A DNA stretch of 64,000 nucleotides. Source: Octopus bimaculoides (lineage: Eukaryota). Positions within the stretch are counted from its first letter, which is position 1; each line of letters begins with the position of its first letter. Of this stretch, positions 1 through 14,045 are shown in pieces. A program made the translations under genes and the position numbers. A model generated the notes under the pieces. The model was not told the DNA's origin. It saw only the letters and a program-made list of their open reading frames with translations, and did not search any database. The stretch spans positions 35,568,387 to 35,632,386 of the forward strand of contig NC_068993.1 of assembly GCF_001194135.2 (NCBI RefSeq), read 5' to 3'.

Positions 1-1752
1 TACATTCTTCAAGTCGATCTATTTTGTTGACAAGTTGTTTTTATTTGATTGAAGTATATAAAAAAGAGATCACAAACATGTGAACTGTTGCATAAATGTT
101 CCAAGTGAAATAAAAGTTTCTTGAAGCTTGATCTACTTTCTCTGCATCTACACGTTTGAGAATGAAGAAAGAAAATTCCTTTTACCCTCTTTGGTTCCTT
201 TATCTAATCATTTAATGTTTTTAACAACTTAATTATTTGAAAGCTATTGTATCTTTAGAAATGAACTAATATACATCAATTGAATTTAAGGGGGAGTAGA
301 GACAAATTAATTGCAGTGAACAAATTAATTCGAAATAGCTAATAAGGATGAAGAGATATGTAAGTTAATGTATGTTTCAATTTTTTAAATATTTAGAAAT
401 AATAAGTTATGCTAGGAAAGGACTGAGATTCCTATTTCCAAAGGAAGAAACATGAGATTTTGTGGTGTTCATGCAAAGGAAGCAGTGGGGTGATGCCATG
501 ACTGCAAAGCTTAGACGTAAGCTAGTGAACACATAAATGGCGCGCAAAATGTAACAGCACACGCATGTAAATGCATGTGCATGCTTGCATAGTAGTATTT
601 GTTTTTAGATTTATATTTACAGAAGTGAAGTAGATTCTTTTTACCATTGGCTGTCTTTCTTCCCACTTGTTCCTCAGTAAGAGAGGGGCCATAAGCGACT
701 ATATCTAAGCAAGCTCGTATTACGTCAGCAATCGATTGACGTCACATATAATCACGTGGCAGTCACCACACCTTCTTTACAACACGGCATCGATTATTCT
801 TTCTTTTCAGGTTCTTTTCTTCTTTCTTCCTGCTTTTAGTATTCATCCTTCTATCTTCTACTCTCGTGTATTGCTCGCTTTAGCAAAAGCCTAATTTCTC
901 CATAATGAAAATGTTGCTACTTCTTACAATATTCAAACTCAACTCATTTCCTTACACTATCGTCATTGTCACCAGCGCTGTACAATCGTTATTCTTCATC
1001 TGCTAAGAGAGTGCTGCTACCGCTGTAAGTAGCGCTAATATCACTTAGATTCATCACATTGTCATCAGTATTAATATCACCTCAATCATAGTCTCAACCA
1101 CCACCAACTTAAGTACAATAGGAACACTTATCAGACTAATAAACCTGCCACTTGTGTCACTTCAGCTGCTCTATCTTTATTATGCTACTCTTTCCTCTAG
1201 AATTAAGACTAAGCTGAACTACTAAACACGCCGCACATCCAATAATTTATCCAACCCGCCTGGTAGGCAGCAAGCTTATTTCCATAATCAATAAATTCAT
1301 GTCAGTAAGAGTGTGCAGATACTCATGCGTAAATTGTTAGTGATTTCAGTTTGTCTGCAGGAGTGTATGCGTGATAATGAATCTGTACATGGTGTCTAAA
1401 TAACTTATTGGATTAATAATAAATTAATTGAGATATTTATAGTTGTTCTTCTATCAATTATATTTGCATTTCACATCGAAAATGAATTATAATGATCAAT
1501 CACTATTAGTATAAATTATTTCTTCTTTTTTTTTTTTCACCCACTTCATCGTGTTTATTTTGTCGTATTGTAATTTCTCACTAAAAGCATAACATTAACA
1601 GGAAGTGAAGAAACGTTCGTTTGTAAATTTGTAAACATAAATATTAAAATGTGAGACAATGGATAAAAATCTAAACAATTCATACGGGAATGCGGAAGCC
1701 CAGGAATATATTAGGAGAAAGAAGAATGAGTGTGTGTGTGTGTGTGTGTGTC

Positions 1753-1796
<44 letters not shown>

Positions 1797-2479
1797 TGTG
1801 TGCCTGTCTGTCTGTGTCTGTATCTCTGTGTGTGCGTGTGTGTGTTTGTGTGTGTACAAGCGTTTGCGTGTGCGTAAGCGTTTTTGTGTGTGCGTGTATG
1901 TGTGTACCACTAAATAATTCGCTATTAAAATATATGTAGGGTTTAATAAAGTAAAAACAAACATTTATACCATAAAAACAAACTTTGAATGGAATTTAGA
2001 AGCGTAATTGTTTAAAATTAAAAATAGCACTGCAGCCTTCAGCTGAAATAAACTCGATTTATAACAAGCACTCCAAGTGCACAAAATATATGACTAATAT
2101 TTCTGTTAAAAAAAACATTGTGAACGATACTGGATCAGCATCAAGCATCTCCCATGTATGTGCCTTCCTTAAGCCCAATCACAGCGCGTCTATGTGGTTG
2201 ATCAAGTTACTAGAAGCACCAGCCATATACCTTCCCTCAAGCCAGACCCTACTGATTCTTTTTTCTTTTCTTTATATTGTATATCTCAATTTTAAAAATG
2301 GCATGCGCACAACTGAAATATTTTTTTTATCTTTAGTCCGTTTCACCAGGACTGATGTGGGACTAACAACAACGAAAACAGCAACAACAACAACAGCAAC
2401 AACAGCATCAGCGACCAACATTTATTTAGTTTAGGATTCGGGTGAACCTGACAGATGAATGAAACTAGAAGGGTGTGAG

Positions 2480-3580
2480 ACAACGCTAAAATAATGTACG
2501 AATAGTAGAAAGTGAATTGATTACAAGAGGCTCAGAAATAACTCTTGTGTTTAAAAGACATAGCACAAAAAATACAGCAACAACAATAATCAACTTCAGT
2601 ATCAAGAACCTGGTCAGTACACACAGGGATTTGACACAGATCTGCAATGCCATGATCAAGAATCATGCGAAATGCCAAAGTTATACACATGGGGAACGAC
2701 AGCCATTTGCTCTAAGATGTAAAAGTGATGCAGAACACGAAGAATTACAGACCCACCACCTTCCTATTAATAACGTACAAGATTATCGCTGTCATAATTA
2801 CAACGAACATCTACACGTTGCTCGACTTTCTACCAGCACAACATAAAGGATGTAAGAAAGGAAACTATGGATGCAAAGGCCTGATAGTCATCAATAAAAA
2901 TATATTACGAGAGATGAGAACAAAGAAAAATAATCTGCCAACTGCATTGATAGAATACAAGAATGCATTTGACAACATTCCACATTTTTGGATAGCAAAG
3001 GGCCAAGATCATCTAAGTCGGCCCAACATCTGACAAATTCTTCACGCGAGCATTGGGTCCTGGGAGATGACGCTGATTCTCTACCGTGTTGATGGTTATC
3101 TAAAATTGTGACTAATCAATATAAGAAGCAATATCTTCCACGGAGTCTCACCATCATCACTGTCTCACCATCATCACTGCTCTTCTGCTTTACACTAGTA
3201 CGACTCAACAACTAACTGAACAACGGTATGAATAACTACAACTTGCAAGATGGTAAGTGAACTATCTTGTTCTATATTAATAACCTCAAGACGTTTGCCA
3301 AGGACGATAAATCAACTGGACAATCTATTGCCTATCGTGAAGATCTTTAGCGATGGTATCAGAATAAGTCGGCAAAAGATACATTTAAGAGAGGAAAACT
3401 GACCAAGTATGTAAACCTAGATCTTGATTCTGACACATTGACCACGAGCTAAATCAATATAGCACATACAAGACTTGGAAGAGAATGAAGGATATTGGGT
3501 AAAACCATGAAAGGGAAGATGTGGAGAAAAAAATACGGAAGTGTATAAATGGTACCAAAATGTGAACTGAAAGCCGCTAG
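2480..3580 (+). mobile_element. Degraded Dong/R4-type non-LTR retrotransposon, reverse-transcriptase region (pseudogene)
   Basis: Frameshifted translation gives KNYRPTTFL, KGCKKGNYGCK, IEYKNAFDNIPHFWI, then decayed IFQGDSLSP- and YMDDLK-like blocks (3130-3300), in the order expected for R4/Dong RT. Multiple stops and a 17-bp internal duplication near 3145-3178. Confidence 0.85.
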
Positions 3581-3699
3581 CACCTCTTTGGTTTTTGCTT
3601 TAAAAATAGTATTTATACTTTAGTAATAGCCGTATGGACAAACAGTTTCAAATTTCAAAAGACTCGACATCAAGATAGACATGATGCACCGCACAAAAA

Positions 3700-4200
3700 C
3701 GGATGATTCACTCATCGGAATCATAAAACATCGATACATATTCCAACAAGACAGTGGGGAATTTCAACACAAAGTGATTTTCCTGAAACCCCGCCAATAG
3801 AAAGCAAAGCCCTACCGAGTAGAAGTGTGTATGGGTGGACCAAAGCGTTTAGAGAAGGCCATACAATTGTAAAATACAAATAAAGAGCAGGACGCCCATC
3901 GACTTCCACCACTGAAGAGAAGATTTTGGAGACGCAAAAGGGTCCATACTGGAACATTACATCGACTGGAGTTCAGTATTACCACAGTAGGTTGCAGTGA
4001 AATGTGGCCAGCAAACTGAAATCAGTAATTTACACCAAGTGCCGAGACCTCTTGTCAAATGAAGTGTTATATTGTACGATGATGCATGCACACATATGGC
4101 GCCCATAGCGCTGCAATAATTGAAAAATCGGATTTCGCATTGCTGCAAATCTGGCATACACTCCATATCTTGCCCCTTCCGACTTTCACCTCTATGGACC
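3700..4200 (+). mobile_element. Mariner-family transposase relic, internally deleted
   Basis: SVYGWTKAFREG...GRPSTSTTEEKI (3824-3925) matches the mariner HTH/GRP linker. PYTPYLAPSDFHL (about 4155-4192) matches the YSPDLAPSDFHLF catalytic motif. Confidence 0.75.
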
Positions 4201-4261
4201 GCTCAAACATCCTTCACGAGATCGTCGATTTGCTACGGACGAAGAGTACAGGATTCGGCGC

Positions 4262-4396
<135 letters not shown>

Positions 4397-5239
4397 GTAT
4401 ATACTGTTAGCGGTTAAAGGGTTAAGATTACCTATTTCTCGTCGAAGGTAAATATTTCAAAAGTGTATATATTTCTTTAAAAAATGAAGCAGAAATCAAT
4501 ATAAAAGTTTTATTTTCCTTTTAAGCCTGAAGGTTGTTACGGGAGAAGAACCTACGATTTATATATTATCAGTTTCTCTTGGAATTTGATATATTTAGAA
4601 AGACTGTCTTTACAATATAGCTGCTATATGTTAGATGTACACATATACGTAACTAGAGTTAAAGCGTATGTAATCGCATGATTTGGTTTTTAATACATCG
4701 ATTTCTAGTACAAGGCTAATATCTAGGAGCAAGTACAGTCAAGTACATATGTTACTGGTATATCTACTTGGCGATCTGAGAAAGCTAAAAGAGAAAGATG
4801 GCTCCGGAAGGTATATACAATTAAAACCTAGTGATAGTGTTCTACTGTTTCTGCAACACATCTCCCTTTGTTACTTAATACAGTAATAAAAATACATGCG
4901 AACAATAAAATGCCGTGATGCGAATGTATGTACTCTAATGTTGTATAAATAAGTGTGTGTGCACGCGTGCGTGTGGATGTGCATATTTTTGATGTCATGG
5001 AGCGGTGAAATTAGAAGCAGATAGAGTTATGCATAATGTCCAATGGTATCATGTTACAGTGACTATCATGTTTACAGAAGGTATGTGCTCGAGTCTTCGT
5101 ATTTTCATCCAAGGGTGTTTTAACACAATAATTATACGCTATTATGCACAGCTTTATCTGATTCGAGTTTCGCAGTTACAAAAAAAAGCATTAGAAACAC
5201 ACACATATTATAATTATATATATATAAAGAAATGACTAT

Positions 5240-5580
5240 CAAAGATGTACAGGTGTCAATTCGCTACGGCCGTTTCAAACGACTCCTTTAATTGATTAAT
5301 GAAAACATTTCATCATTGCAAAGAAACCGTTTTTGTCAGATGATTGCATAGACTTCACACACACGACAAACCAACTGTTTTAACATATTTATATCACCAA
5401 CTGAGTTCAAATATTTACATTGACTCTGCTGTTATATCTTTGACAGAATCTTTGTCCTTTATGTGTGAAGTCTATGCAGTCATCTGACGAAAACGGTTTC
5501 TTTGCAATGATATATTTTCATTAATCAATGAAAGGAATCGCTCGAAACAGCCGTAATGAACTGACACCTGTACATCTTTG
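5240..5580. mobile_element. Fold-back/MITE-like element with about 130-bp inverted arms
   Basis: 5240 caaagatgtacaggtgtcaattcg...gacttcacac is the reverse complement of gtgtgaagtc...ctgacacctgtacatctttg ending at 5580, with scattered mismatches. Confidence 0.8.
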
Positions 5581-5861
5581 TTACTAATTTATATTTTATT
5601 CACCTACTCTGGAATCTGCACTTCGGAAATTTTATAGAATGTATTTTTGTATTTTTATATAAAGTACATGTCCGAACAACTAAGAACGGATCTCTTCACT
5701 AAGCTGGGTCGTGTTATCTGCATACATTGCATGAATATCGAGTGCAAACACTTCTGTACAGTGTTTGATATTTACCTGATATTGTTTGAGTGTGCAAATT
5801 AGATCGACTTAAAAAGTGCCTCAATTTAAGTACCTAATTCAGCCGAATTTTAATTATATTT

Positions 5862-6432
5862 TGTGAGGCGGGGGTGCAAAAAAAGACTAGGCAATCAAAA
5901 CGTGGTGTCAGATTAGAAGATTTAATTTATAATTTAAACATAATATAGAATTAGTAAATACGTCATGTCTCCTACAGCCGTTTTCAGAATAGCTATGCAT
6001 ATGTTAATGACAGAAGATTTCCACGTAAGCTAACTATTGCGTCCTGGAAGAGATGGCAATAAATAGAGAATATCCTCAATCAAGGATATTAATCCTTACC
6101 AGTTCGTTGAAGAAATACGTAGTGTCCAAAGTAGGACTTGACAATTTAAACATAGTTCAGAGTAGTTTTAGACCAGTCCTTCGTTCCTTTGACTTTTACT
6201 TGATTCCCGAGCTAAAGGAGAAGATGAAGGAGCTTGTGACATGAGTCCTTGACAGCTCTACTTTGTAAGACTTCCATGGGATCTTGACGAATTGACTGGA
6301 GCACTAAAAGTCCACTGACGTCAGAGGATCCTACTTTGAAAGAGATTAGAGTTTTTTTTTTTTTTACTTCTTTCAAATACATAAATAACTCTCATGAAAA
6401 TATTTCAAAACTTGTAGAATGCGCATTTTGTG
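5862..6432 (+). mobile_element. Mariner-family relic (C-terminal transposase)
   Basis: PVLRSFDFYLIPELKEKMK resembles PDLAPCDFYLFPKLKEKMK. The later DVRGSYFERD* resembles the mariner GxYFEGD* terminus. The left end tgaggcgggggtgcaaaaaaag resembles a mariner TIR. Confidence 0.7.
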
Positions 6433-6789
6433 TATTAGTGAAAAGTGTGGAAGTACAAATATCTTTGCAATCGCCTTCTGGTGTACTGAGACCAAAGAAA
6501 TTGCTGTTGAAATTAAATATTTATAAATCAGTAAACAAGATACACGTATAATAGATGAGCCGTTGGGGAATATGGACTGAAGGCTTGCCCTAAAGTGAAG
6601 TACGTCACAGTCATCCAAGTAACAGATGTTGCAGTTGAAACAGGATTTATGCTAGGTATAATCATAATACTTTAATAGTTAAAAATGTACGTTGTCATAC
6701 AAAGTTGGATAAGTATATAGTTTTCAGTAGTAATATATTTTGTTGAAATATTCGGTAAGTCTCAAGGTCAATATTTACAGTGTATTTAA

Positions 6790-7011
6790 GCCGGCGAACT
6801 GACAGAGCCGTTAGCGAGCTGGGCAAAATGCCTACTGGCATTTCGACCGTCTCTGCGTTCTAGGTTCAAATGCCACCGATGTTGACTTCATCTTTCATTC
6901 TTTCATCCTTTCGGGTTCGATAAAATAAGTAACAGCTGAACACTGGAATCGATGTAATCGACTTATGCCCTCCCCCAGTATTGCTACACATGTGCCAAAA
7001 TTTGAAATCAA
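6790..7011 (+). mobile_element. tRNA-derived SINE, family 1
   Basis: B-box-like GGTTCAAAT, then tttcatcctttcgggttcgataaaataagta...atcgatgtaatcgactta...gtgccaaaatttgaaa. The same body recurs at 16197, 16950, 34030, 37836 and 49828. Confidence 0.8.
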
Positions 7012-7269
7012 TATTTACAGTGCATGGACGTCGGACTGAATGCTTTTCGATCTTTATTACAGCTTATTACTTCTTGAATTCATATCCTACTGAGGGCAAG
7101 TTCGCCTTCCATTATTCCGGGGTAAATAAAATAAAGTATCTCGCTGCTAAGTTTATGTTGGAGCACTGAATACATGCTAACAATATATGTTGAACGCTCG
7201 TATTTTATTCAGGTTGAAATAAACGGGAAACTGTTTTCGAGTCTAAAACGATTTTTGATGACTTAGTAA

Positions 7270-7650
7270 ATGAGACTATTCTATGGAGAGAATACTAAAT
7301 GGCGGGACTACTTCAAGGAGAAATCTCCTCAACACAGAGAGACTACAACAGAAAGAGGGAGAGAGAGACTAGTAGAAAGAGACTGCTAGAGAAAACGACA
7401 CTACTTGAGAGAGAGACAAAAAGAAAGAGGGAGAGTAACTACTACAGTGTGAGAGAAAATAATACATGGAGAGACAACTACAGGGACAGTCAACTCTATG
7501 GCGAGGGGCTACAACTGTATGGAGAGAGATTATTATATAAAGATTACTAGGTGGAAAGACTACTGTATGGAGTAAGACGACTGCATGAAGAGGCTACCAC
7601 ATGGAGAGAGACTACTAAATAGAGAGACTATTACATGCAGAGACTATAAA
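7270..7650. repeat. Degenerate minisatellite built on a GAGAGACTAC(T)-like motif
   Basis: Many imperfect gagagactac/gagactatt/gagtaactac units; purine-rich. Confidence 0.55.
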
Positions 7651-8982
7651 ATGTGTTTTTATGTTCTCTTCTTTAGTTTTATTTAAAGTAAACCTGTAAC
7701 AAAGCTTATATCTGCACGCAGTGCAGAGCTGATATATGGATATCGGTTATAGATTCTTCAATGAGATAGCCTAATTGTGTATTGACTCTGCCAGCAATAA
7801 GTCGATGTTTATGCAACTGGATGTATAAAGCATAGCTTCGAACCCTTTATGTTTGAGATCAATTAGACGAAATGCCGATTTTTAAAAAGAATCTTGAATA
7901 TAAATGAAATTTAAATAAAACAAAAATATTACTGTATTATGCATGATGAAATAAAACAAGTTACTGCTTAATTAATTTTAAGACACGTTGGTCTTAAAAT
8001 TGTGATTAAAGCCTATGAGGTGATTCTAATTAGTTTCATGAATTCTCAATATTCTGATAACACCGAATCTGTGAAAGTGAAACTGAAAGAGGCTATAGCA
8101 ACTCCGAATAACGGCTGACTAGATTTCTAAAATATATTGAAATATTAAAATACAAATCTTTAATTAATTCTTATTTAATAACACGCCATAGTTATAATGA
8201 ATAAATATCAACTCTAACGCTCGTATGGTAAATATATTTATAATGCTTTATGATTGAATCTAATTATGTAGATATATGCTAATTGCAATCTATCGGTCAA
8301 CTTATACAACACATCAATACATCGTTATTTAAATGGTTACCTACATTTAGAATATATTTTCTTCTCAATATAACTAAAATCCCAATTATTTTCTCAGTTC
8401 TCAAGTTCACACAATTAAAAAACAGCTGTTTCTTGGCCTGGGTACTGATGTTGTTTGTTAAAACCCGTGGTAGCTGTCCTCAATCAGATCCATAAAGCAA
8501 ATGCAGTCCATTGGTGACCATTTCACTGTTTATCATTCAACCACGGTAGTGTTTGACTATATTCTTAAGTCCACCATTTCGTAAATCACAGCAGCTTCCA
8601 AGCTTCACCACTAATTCAGTTCTCAACTAAATTGCAAACTGTCAATAGTTTTAAAGAGGACACCTCCTCAGCTACACTTTGGCATAAATAGATTGAAATT
8701 TGGTTCAGTAGAAAACAAAATTACATCAAAATATCTGTGGTAAGGCAGAATATTCATCTTCAATTAACACAAATATCTTAGTTGTAAATTAAAAGTATAT
8801 TTTCTTAGGCTTAAATGATAGGAAAATGCATGAAGAAATCAGAATCGCTAGTCGCATTGAAGAAAAATTAGTAGAAAGAGAGTTATGAGGTAAAATTCCA
8901 TGTCAGTAATGAAGGAAGTAAGGGAGAAACGCTTCAGCAATAAGAATAAAGAATATACTTCTAAAATGAATGTTTGCTTTCT

Positions 8983-9082
8983 AAGGCAGTAACTTAGCAG
9001 AAACGTTAACGCGCCGGGCGGAATGCTTAACGATATTTCGTCCGTTGTTACGTTTTCGAGTTCAAATTTCGCCGAGGTCGAC
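8983..9082 (+). mobile_element. SINE family 1, tRNA-like 5' head only
   Basis: aaggcag...gcagaaacgttaacgcgccgggcggaatgctt...gagttcaaatttcgccgaggtcgac aligns with the 5' part of the 6790 copy. Confidence 0.75.
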
Positions 9083-9949
9083 CAAGACATACAGATTATT
9101 TAATTTTTTTTTTCTAAGTAAACACTTTTAAACTTCCGATACGGGTGGAATGTGTCACATAGAACAGGGTTTATCTTAACGTTTTTGACAAAATTTTGTA
9201 TTTCAGAAGTTATTCCGTCAGACGTTACAGAGTGACAGTAGACAAATTCGTGTTTGATAAGTGTCAATACATGAAACTCTCAGCTTTTTACTTACTCTCT
9301 AACTGTTGATGATATATATACATATTACATATATGTGTAAAAAAAATCTCATCGCGCAATCTAACCAATGAAAGAACCTCTACTTGGTCGCTCAACACGC
9401 TAAAAATAGGGGCCAAAATATCTCCCTACCTAAATAACACACCCATTGTATATAATGTCCTAGATTATCCCTAAAAAGACAGTTTGCTGAAGGCTGGAAT
9501 GTCTTTGATGATACGTTTGCAGTATCGGGGTTTATTTGAGGCTAAATAACAACACCATTATGGTCAATTTCTATATTAACACCTGCACGATTTTCACTAA
9601 GAAAAAACTTTTACTTTTTGCGTGTAAGTGATCGCCTAATATTGCAAAATTAGGTTACTTAAGGTGAGTCTGGCAACTGATGTTTTTGGGGTCTTGTTGT
9701 TTGTTACTTTTGGTAAGCCATGGTGCAACCAACAACATGGTAAAATCCCTGCTATTAATTTGGTATGGATGGGTAATATCAAATAAATCAATCACAACAT
9801 ACGTTTGAATTAAACACGAAAAGAATTGAAATATTATCACTTAAATGGAAAAATTTAAATATTATCTTTCAGTAGTTTATAAGGTAAAATCTTATATTAT
9901 TGACACAATGTTAATTATCTTATAACAGCAATTCCTGGGAAAATCATGG

Positions 9950-10470
9950 CTTAGATGGAAAATTGCGAGCATGAAAAGTCATATTCTTAAGGTTATATAT
10001 AAACCTGGAAAAGCACAGGACAAGTTATTACACCTGTAAAAGTATAGGACAAGCTATTACTTCTAGTACAGTAAAGAATAATAAACTTACTACTTAAAAT
10101 ATTGCAGCTAAAATTAAAATTTGAATATTAAAATTATTATATTATAGTTTACAAATAACACTATACTTATTTAGGTAGAATTTGGTTACTTTACTATCTT
10201 AAATACAGAAAGAAGTGATTAATTAGACAAACTTACAAATTAGCTGAAAGGTTGTGTACAATAAATTTAAATGATGATAACTGTAAAGAGTGATAAATTA
10301 GAAGAATTGGCATTCTTTGCTGCAATATTTTAAGTAAAAAGTTTCTTATTCTTTACTTTACTAGAAGTAATAGCTTATCCTAGACTATTACAGGTGCAAT
10401 AACTTGTCCTGTACTTTGCCATATTTATAATCTTAAGAATATGACTTCATGCTCGCATTTTTTCATGTAA
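9950..10470. mobile_element. Fold-back/MITE-like element with about 160-bp inverted arms
   Basis: gcgagcatgaaaagtcatattcttaag...acaggacaagttattacacctgtaa...ttaaaatattgcagc (9965-10110) is the inverse of gctgcaatattttaag...ttacaggtgcaataacttgtcctgt...cttaagaatatgacttcatgctcgc (10318-10456). Confidence 0.85.
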
Positions 10471-10678
10471 TACAGTTATTAGGTGCATAAGATGACGTTG
10501 ATCAATATTTGCTTCTATTCTTGAAAAAATGTGAAAGCGATTAAGTTGTTATTTCTTACACTCTGCAGGACGTGATAAAGACATCTTCATAAGCTGCTAA
10601 ATTGGGGTTATAGATACACATACATAAATACATACATATTCACAAACACACCTATATGTGTGTGTGTGTACGTGTGTA

Positions 10679-10681
<3 letters not shown>

Positions 10682-10736
<55 letters not shown>

Positions 10737-10745
10737 CATACATAC
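10682..10745. repeat. (TA)n/(CATA)n microsatellite
   Basis: Read directly. Confidence 0.95.
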
Positions 10746-12767
10746 CTGAATACATACACACATACATGCGCGCGCGCGTGAACACACGCATGCGTACATA
10801 GACATGTGTATATGTATGTGTTCGATCCATTTAGACTACTGTATGCTACTTATTCATACGAATGAATCACTTGACCTTTTCTTACTCAAATATTGATTAT
10901 GAAGTCTATCTGTCAAGCTGTCACGCCTTGTTAGGGACCAAAGACCCAAGGATCATTAGTTGTGCGTCCATGGTTCCTGTTGCATGTGTCTTTGAGTCAC
11001 TACCTTCAGAGAGAGGAGAATTGTTGTTATTTAACTTGCACCCATAATTGTAACTTCGTCGAATGGCAAATATTGTTTCCTCATTCAGAATCGGGTTATC
11101 GTATGCTCCTAACACCTTACCCCCTTAACAATTAAAATCGATGGTTCCATACACCTCTCGGCACATTTTATACCGGTCAGTTACCATACTAGAAGTGTCA
11201 CTCTTAGTGTCACTATAGTATTCGTGAGTGCTCAAGTCAAAAGGGTAAAAAAAAAAGTAATAAGTTCATACCAACAAAGGTCACAAAACTAGGTGGGATC
11301 TTACCAGATTACGTCATTTTACAGCGTAGATCCACAGATACTGCGGTAGATAGTACGCTAAAGGAACACCGTTATTCTTGTTTCTATGTCACTAATTTTT
11401 ATTCTGTCGTGTTATACAATGAAATAATGCAAATATACTGTCCCATTAAAATGTGCAACAATAGCTTTAGGAGTAGGATGTGGACCAACATATAAGTGGA
11501 GTTAATGTGTCTGCAGAATTGATTAGTTAATGAAGAGTTGTAGAACTTTTGGTCTTACTTTCGATGTACATTTAAACCATGTTCGCTAAAACATTGTCGA
11601 ATATTATCGATCATAAATTAGTTGAAATGCTTTAAATTTCCGAATTCTTAAAATGGTTTTGTAAATAAGTGGTTATATCTATGGGTTTGATGCAAATGTT
11701 TTCAAATTTTACATATTATTATTTACATTCTTTGATTCCTCAATGTCAATGTTTGCCGAGTGCACAAGCAAACATACATATAGACACATATATATATGTA
11801 CATAAATACAATCTATCACTTTACTTACACATATATTTCACAGGCGTACGTATGTGAAGCCCAATTAATATTTCATATGTTTCCGTCTAGGAACTATAAT
11901 AATAAGAACCCTGGAGTACTACAGTTGGACGAAGGCGAGCAGGCAGAAAATTCGAAGTCTCTGTCATTACTTGTTAAAAGATGAACAAAATGTTTTCGGA
12001 ATTATTCATTCTATTCATACTTCTACAAAGCTGAATCGATCTCTACATCTCTGCTCTAATCAATTACTTCCCTTCAACAAGCCAACGATATACTTGCAGC
12101 CTTCTATTATTTAATGTCTTTAAAGAACATTATTAGTGGAAAATATTTTGGTGATATTCATCCTATATAATTTTCACGAGTAAGATCAAGATTTCTGAGA
12201 AAGAAAATTATAAAGGAAATTTTATCCATATATTTCAAAATAATCCCCGTATTTCCGCAAAATGGATAATTTCATATTCCACTGAAGGGCATTCGTTCAT
12301 TAAACCAGACGAGAAATTTGAAAAATATCATAATAAGAATTGCTTTATTACGGGGTAACTCTGTGATCATTAATGGACATTTAATTAGGAGAAAATAACT
12401 TTCCTACGACTGTTTGTTTTCCATGAGGCAAATACCCACAAACCTTTTCCTTAGATGATCCAAAAATAGTTGCTACGCCATTTTCCAATTTAAATGTCTG
12501 TATCGCGGGTCAACTTAACTATAAGAGGAATGATGGGAAGGAAATCATGATTCTTCTTTGAATACACTTATATAAAAAATAAAATGCCAAAACGCTGATA
12601 CTTTTATAATCGATATGACAAAATCAAGATTACTTATATGAATGTTGCTATTAGACATATGTATGTTATTCACACGCATTCCAAATATAACCTTACATAC
12701 GCAGATGTATAAGTGAATACGCGATGAGCATTTCTTGATATGAGTAGCGCATGAGTAGCGTTTCTTG

Positions 12768-12793
12768 ATGTGTGTGTGTGTGTGTATGTGTGT

Positions 12794-12878
<85 letters not shown>
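12768..12878. repeat. (TG)n microsatellite
   Basis: Read directly. Confidence 0.95.
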
Positions 12879-12882
<4 letters not shown>

Positions 12883-14045
12883 AAACATTGTATTGATTTT
12901 GATATCGACGATGGCTTTGTATATTTACCAAGAGATTCTCTACGGAATTTGATAAGTATGAAGGTAGGACAAAAAATTCATTGAAACAGTTTCAGTGTTG
13001 TTGAACAGCCCCCGGATAAGATCACTAAATAAGAAATACAGTGTATAAATAACCTTCATAGATCAAAACAATGATAGAGAACAAAAAGGAATTCCGCTAC
13101 AAAACATTTCAGAAAAGATATCGAAAAGAAGCTAGTCCAATAGGTAGATCTGATAGAAATTGCCAAGTCAAATTTTACAAAACGTATTTATCGTCTTACA
13201 ATCGGAGATTTTGCTTTATTGTGGAGATCTATTTGATAGATACCATATGTTATAGATCTGCTTAAATTTATATAAATGATAGTTGAACAACATTTCTCGT
13301 TTGTGAACGATAAACCTTGTCACAAGATTAGTCTTTAAACTAAATGGAATTTTGGAGTGATAAAATTGTTGAGGAGAAGTTCCACACAGCTACTTCAATA
13401 AATATAAAGGCAATGAGAAATGGTTGTTATTATAGTGGGATTTTCAACAGGTAGGTGAAGCAGAAGATCTCAGTAAAAGCTATTAAATTACTCCAGCTAA
13501 TTTAATTAATATACTATCATAAATTTTTACCTTCCTATTGAAAAAGCGAAATATCTAATCCGATTCCTCTTTCATATATCAATGACTAACAGTATTTTGT
13601 CTCGCCAACCTACTTCCTGTGTTGAACTTTTGCTGGAGTCATTGTTAATGTTGATTCTTGATAATATAAAGCACCTTCAAGTAATATAATGTCGACTGTA
13701 AAGCCTACGTCTCAAAATATATATGCCTTGAGCCAATTCTAAAGAAATCAATACGAAGTCAGTAAAAACGTAGTTAATACGTTAACGTAAAATGATTGCT
13801 CTGGGCATATTAAATCATATCTTCACAATTTCAGTTCTTGTTATGACAGGAGTTCATTTCACAGACATTGCCATTAGCCTTTGAGGAACACAAAAAGGCA
13901 AACTGTTTTGATTCTTCTTTTCTCTATAAGCTAACATGTTTCATTAATATGAAACAATCGATTAGAATCAAGGCGAGCGATTAGCTATCAAGAATGACTG
14001 AGTTCCGCATGAAATATCTTACATTATTGACTTTTCCTGTCATGT

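Noticed and set aside
640-765. CTGAGGA...GAAA on the minus strand, plus a TGACGTCA/TATA-like/CACGTG motif cluster
   Set aside because: No stem II or stem III can be formed, and short transcription-factor motifs without a linked gene are not evidence of a promoter.
1659-1964. ORFs with poly-CV/HT/RE runs here, and similar ones throughout (IY, MYVC, poly-I/N/D/M/L, poly-X)
   Set aside because: They are read-throughs of microsatellites or N-gaps, not proteins.
4405-4422. ttaaagggttaa, resembling a piggyBac terminus
   Set aside because: No convincing matching left end was found.
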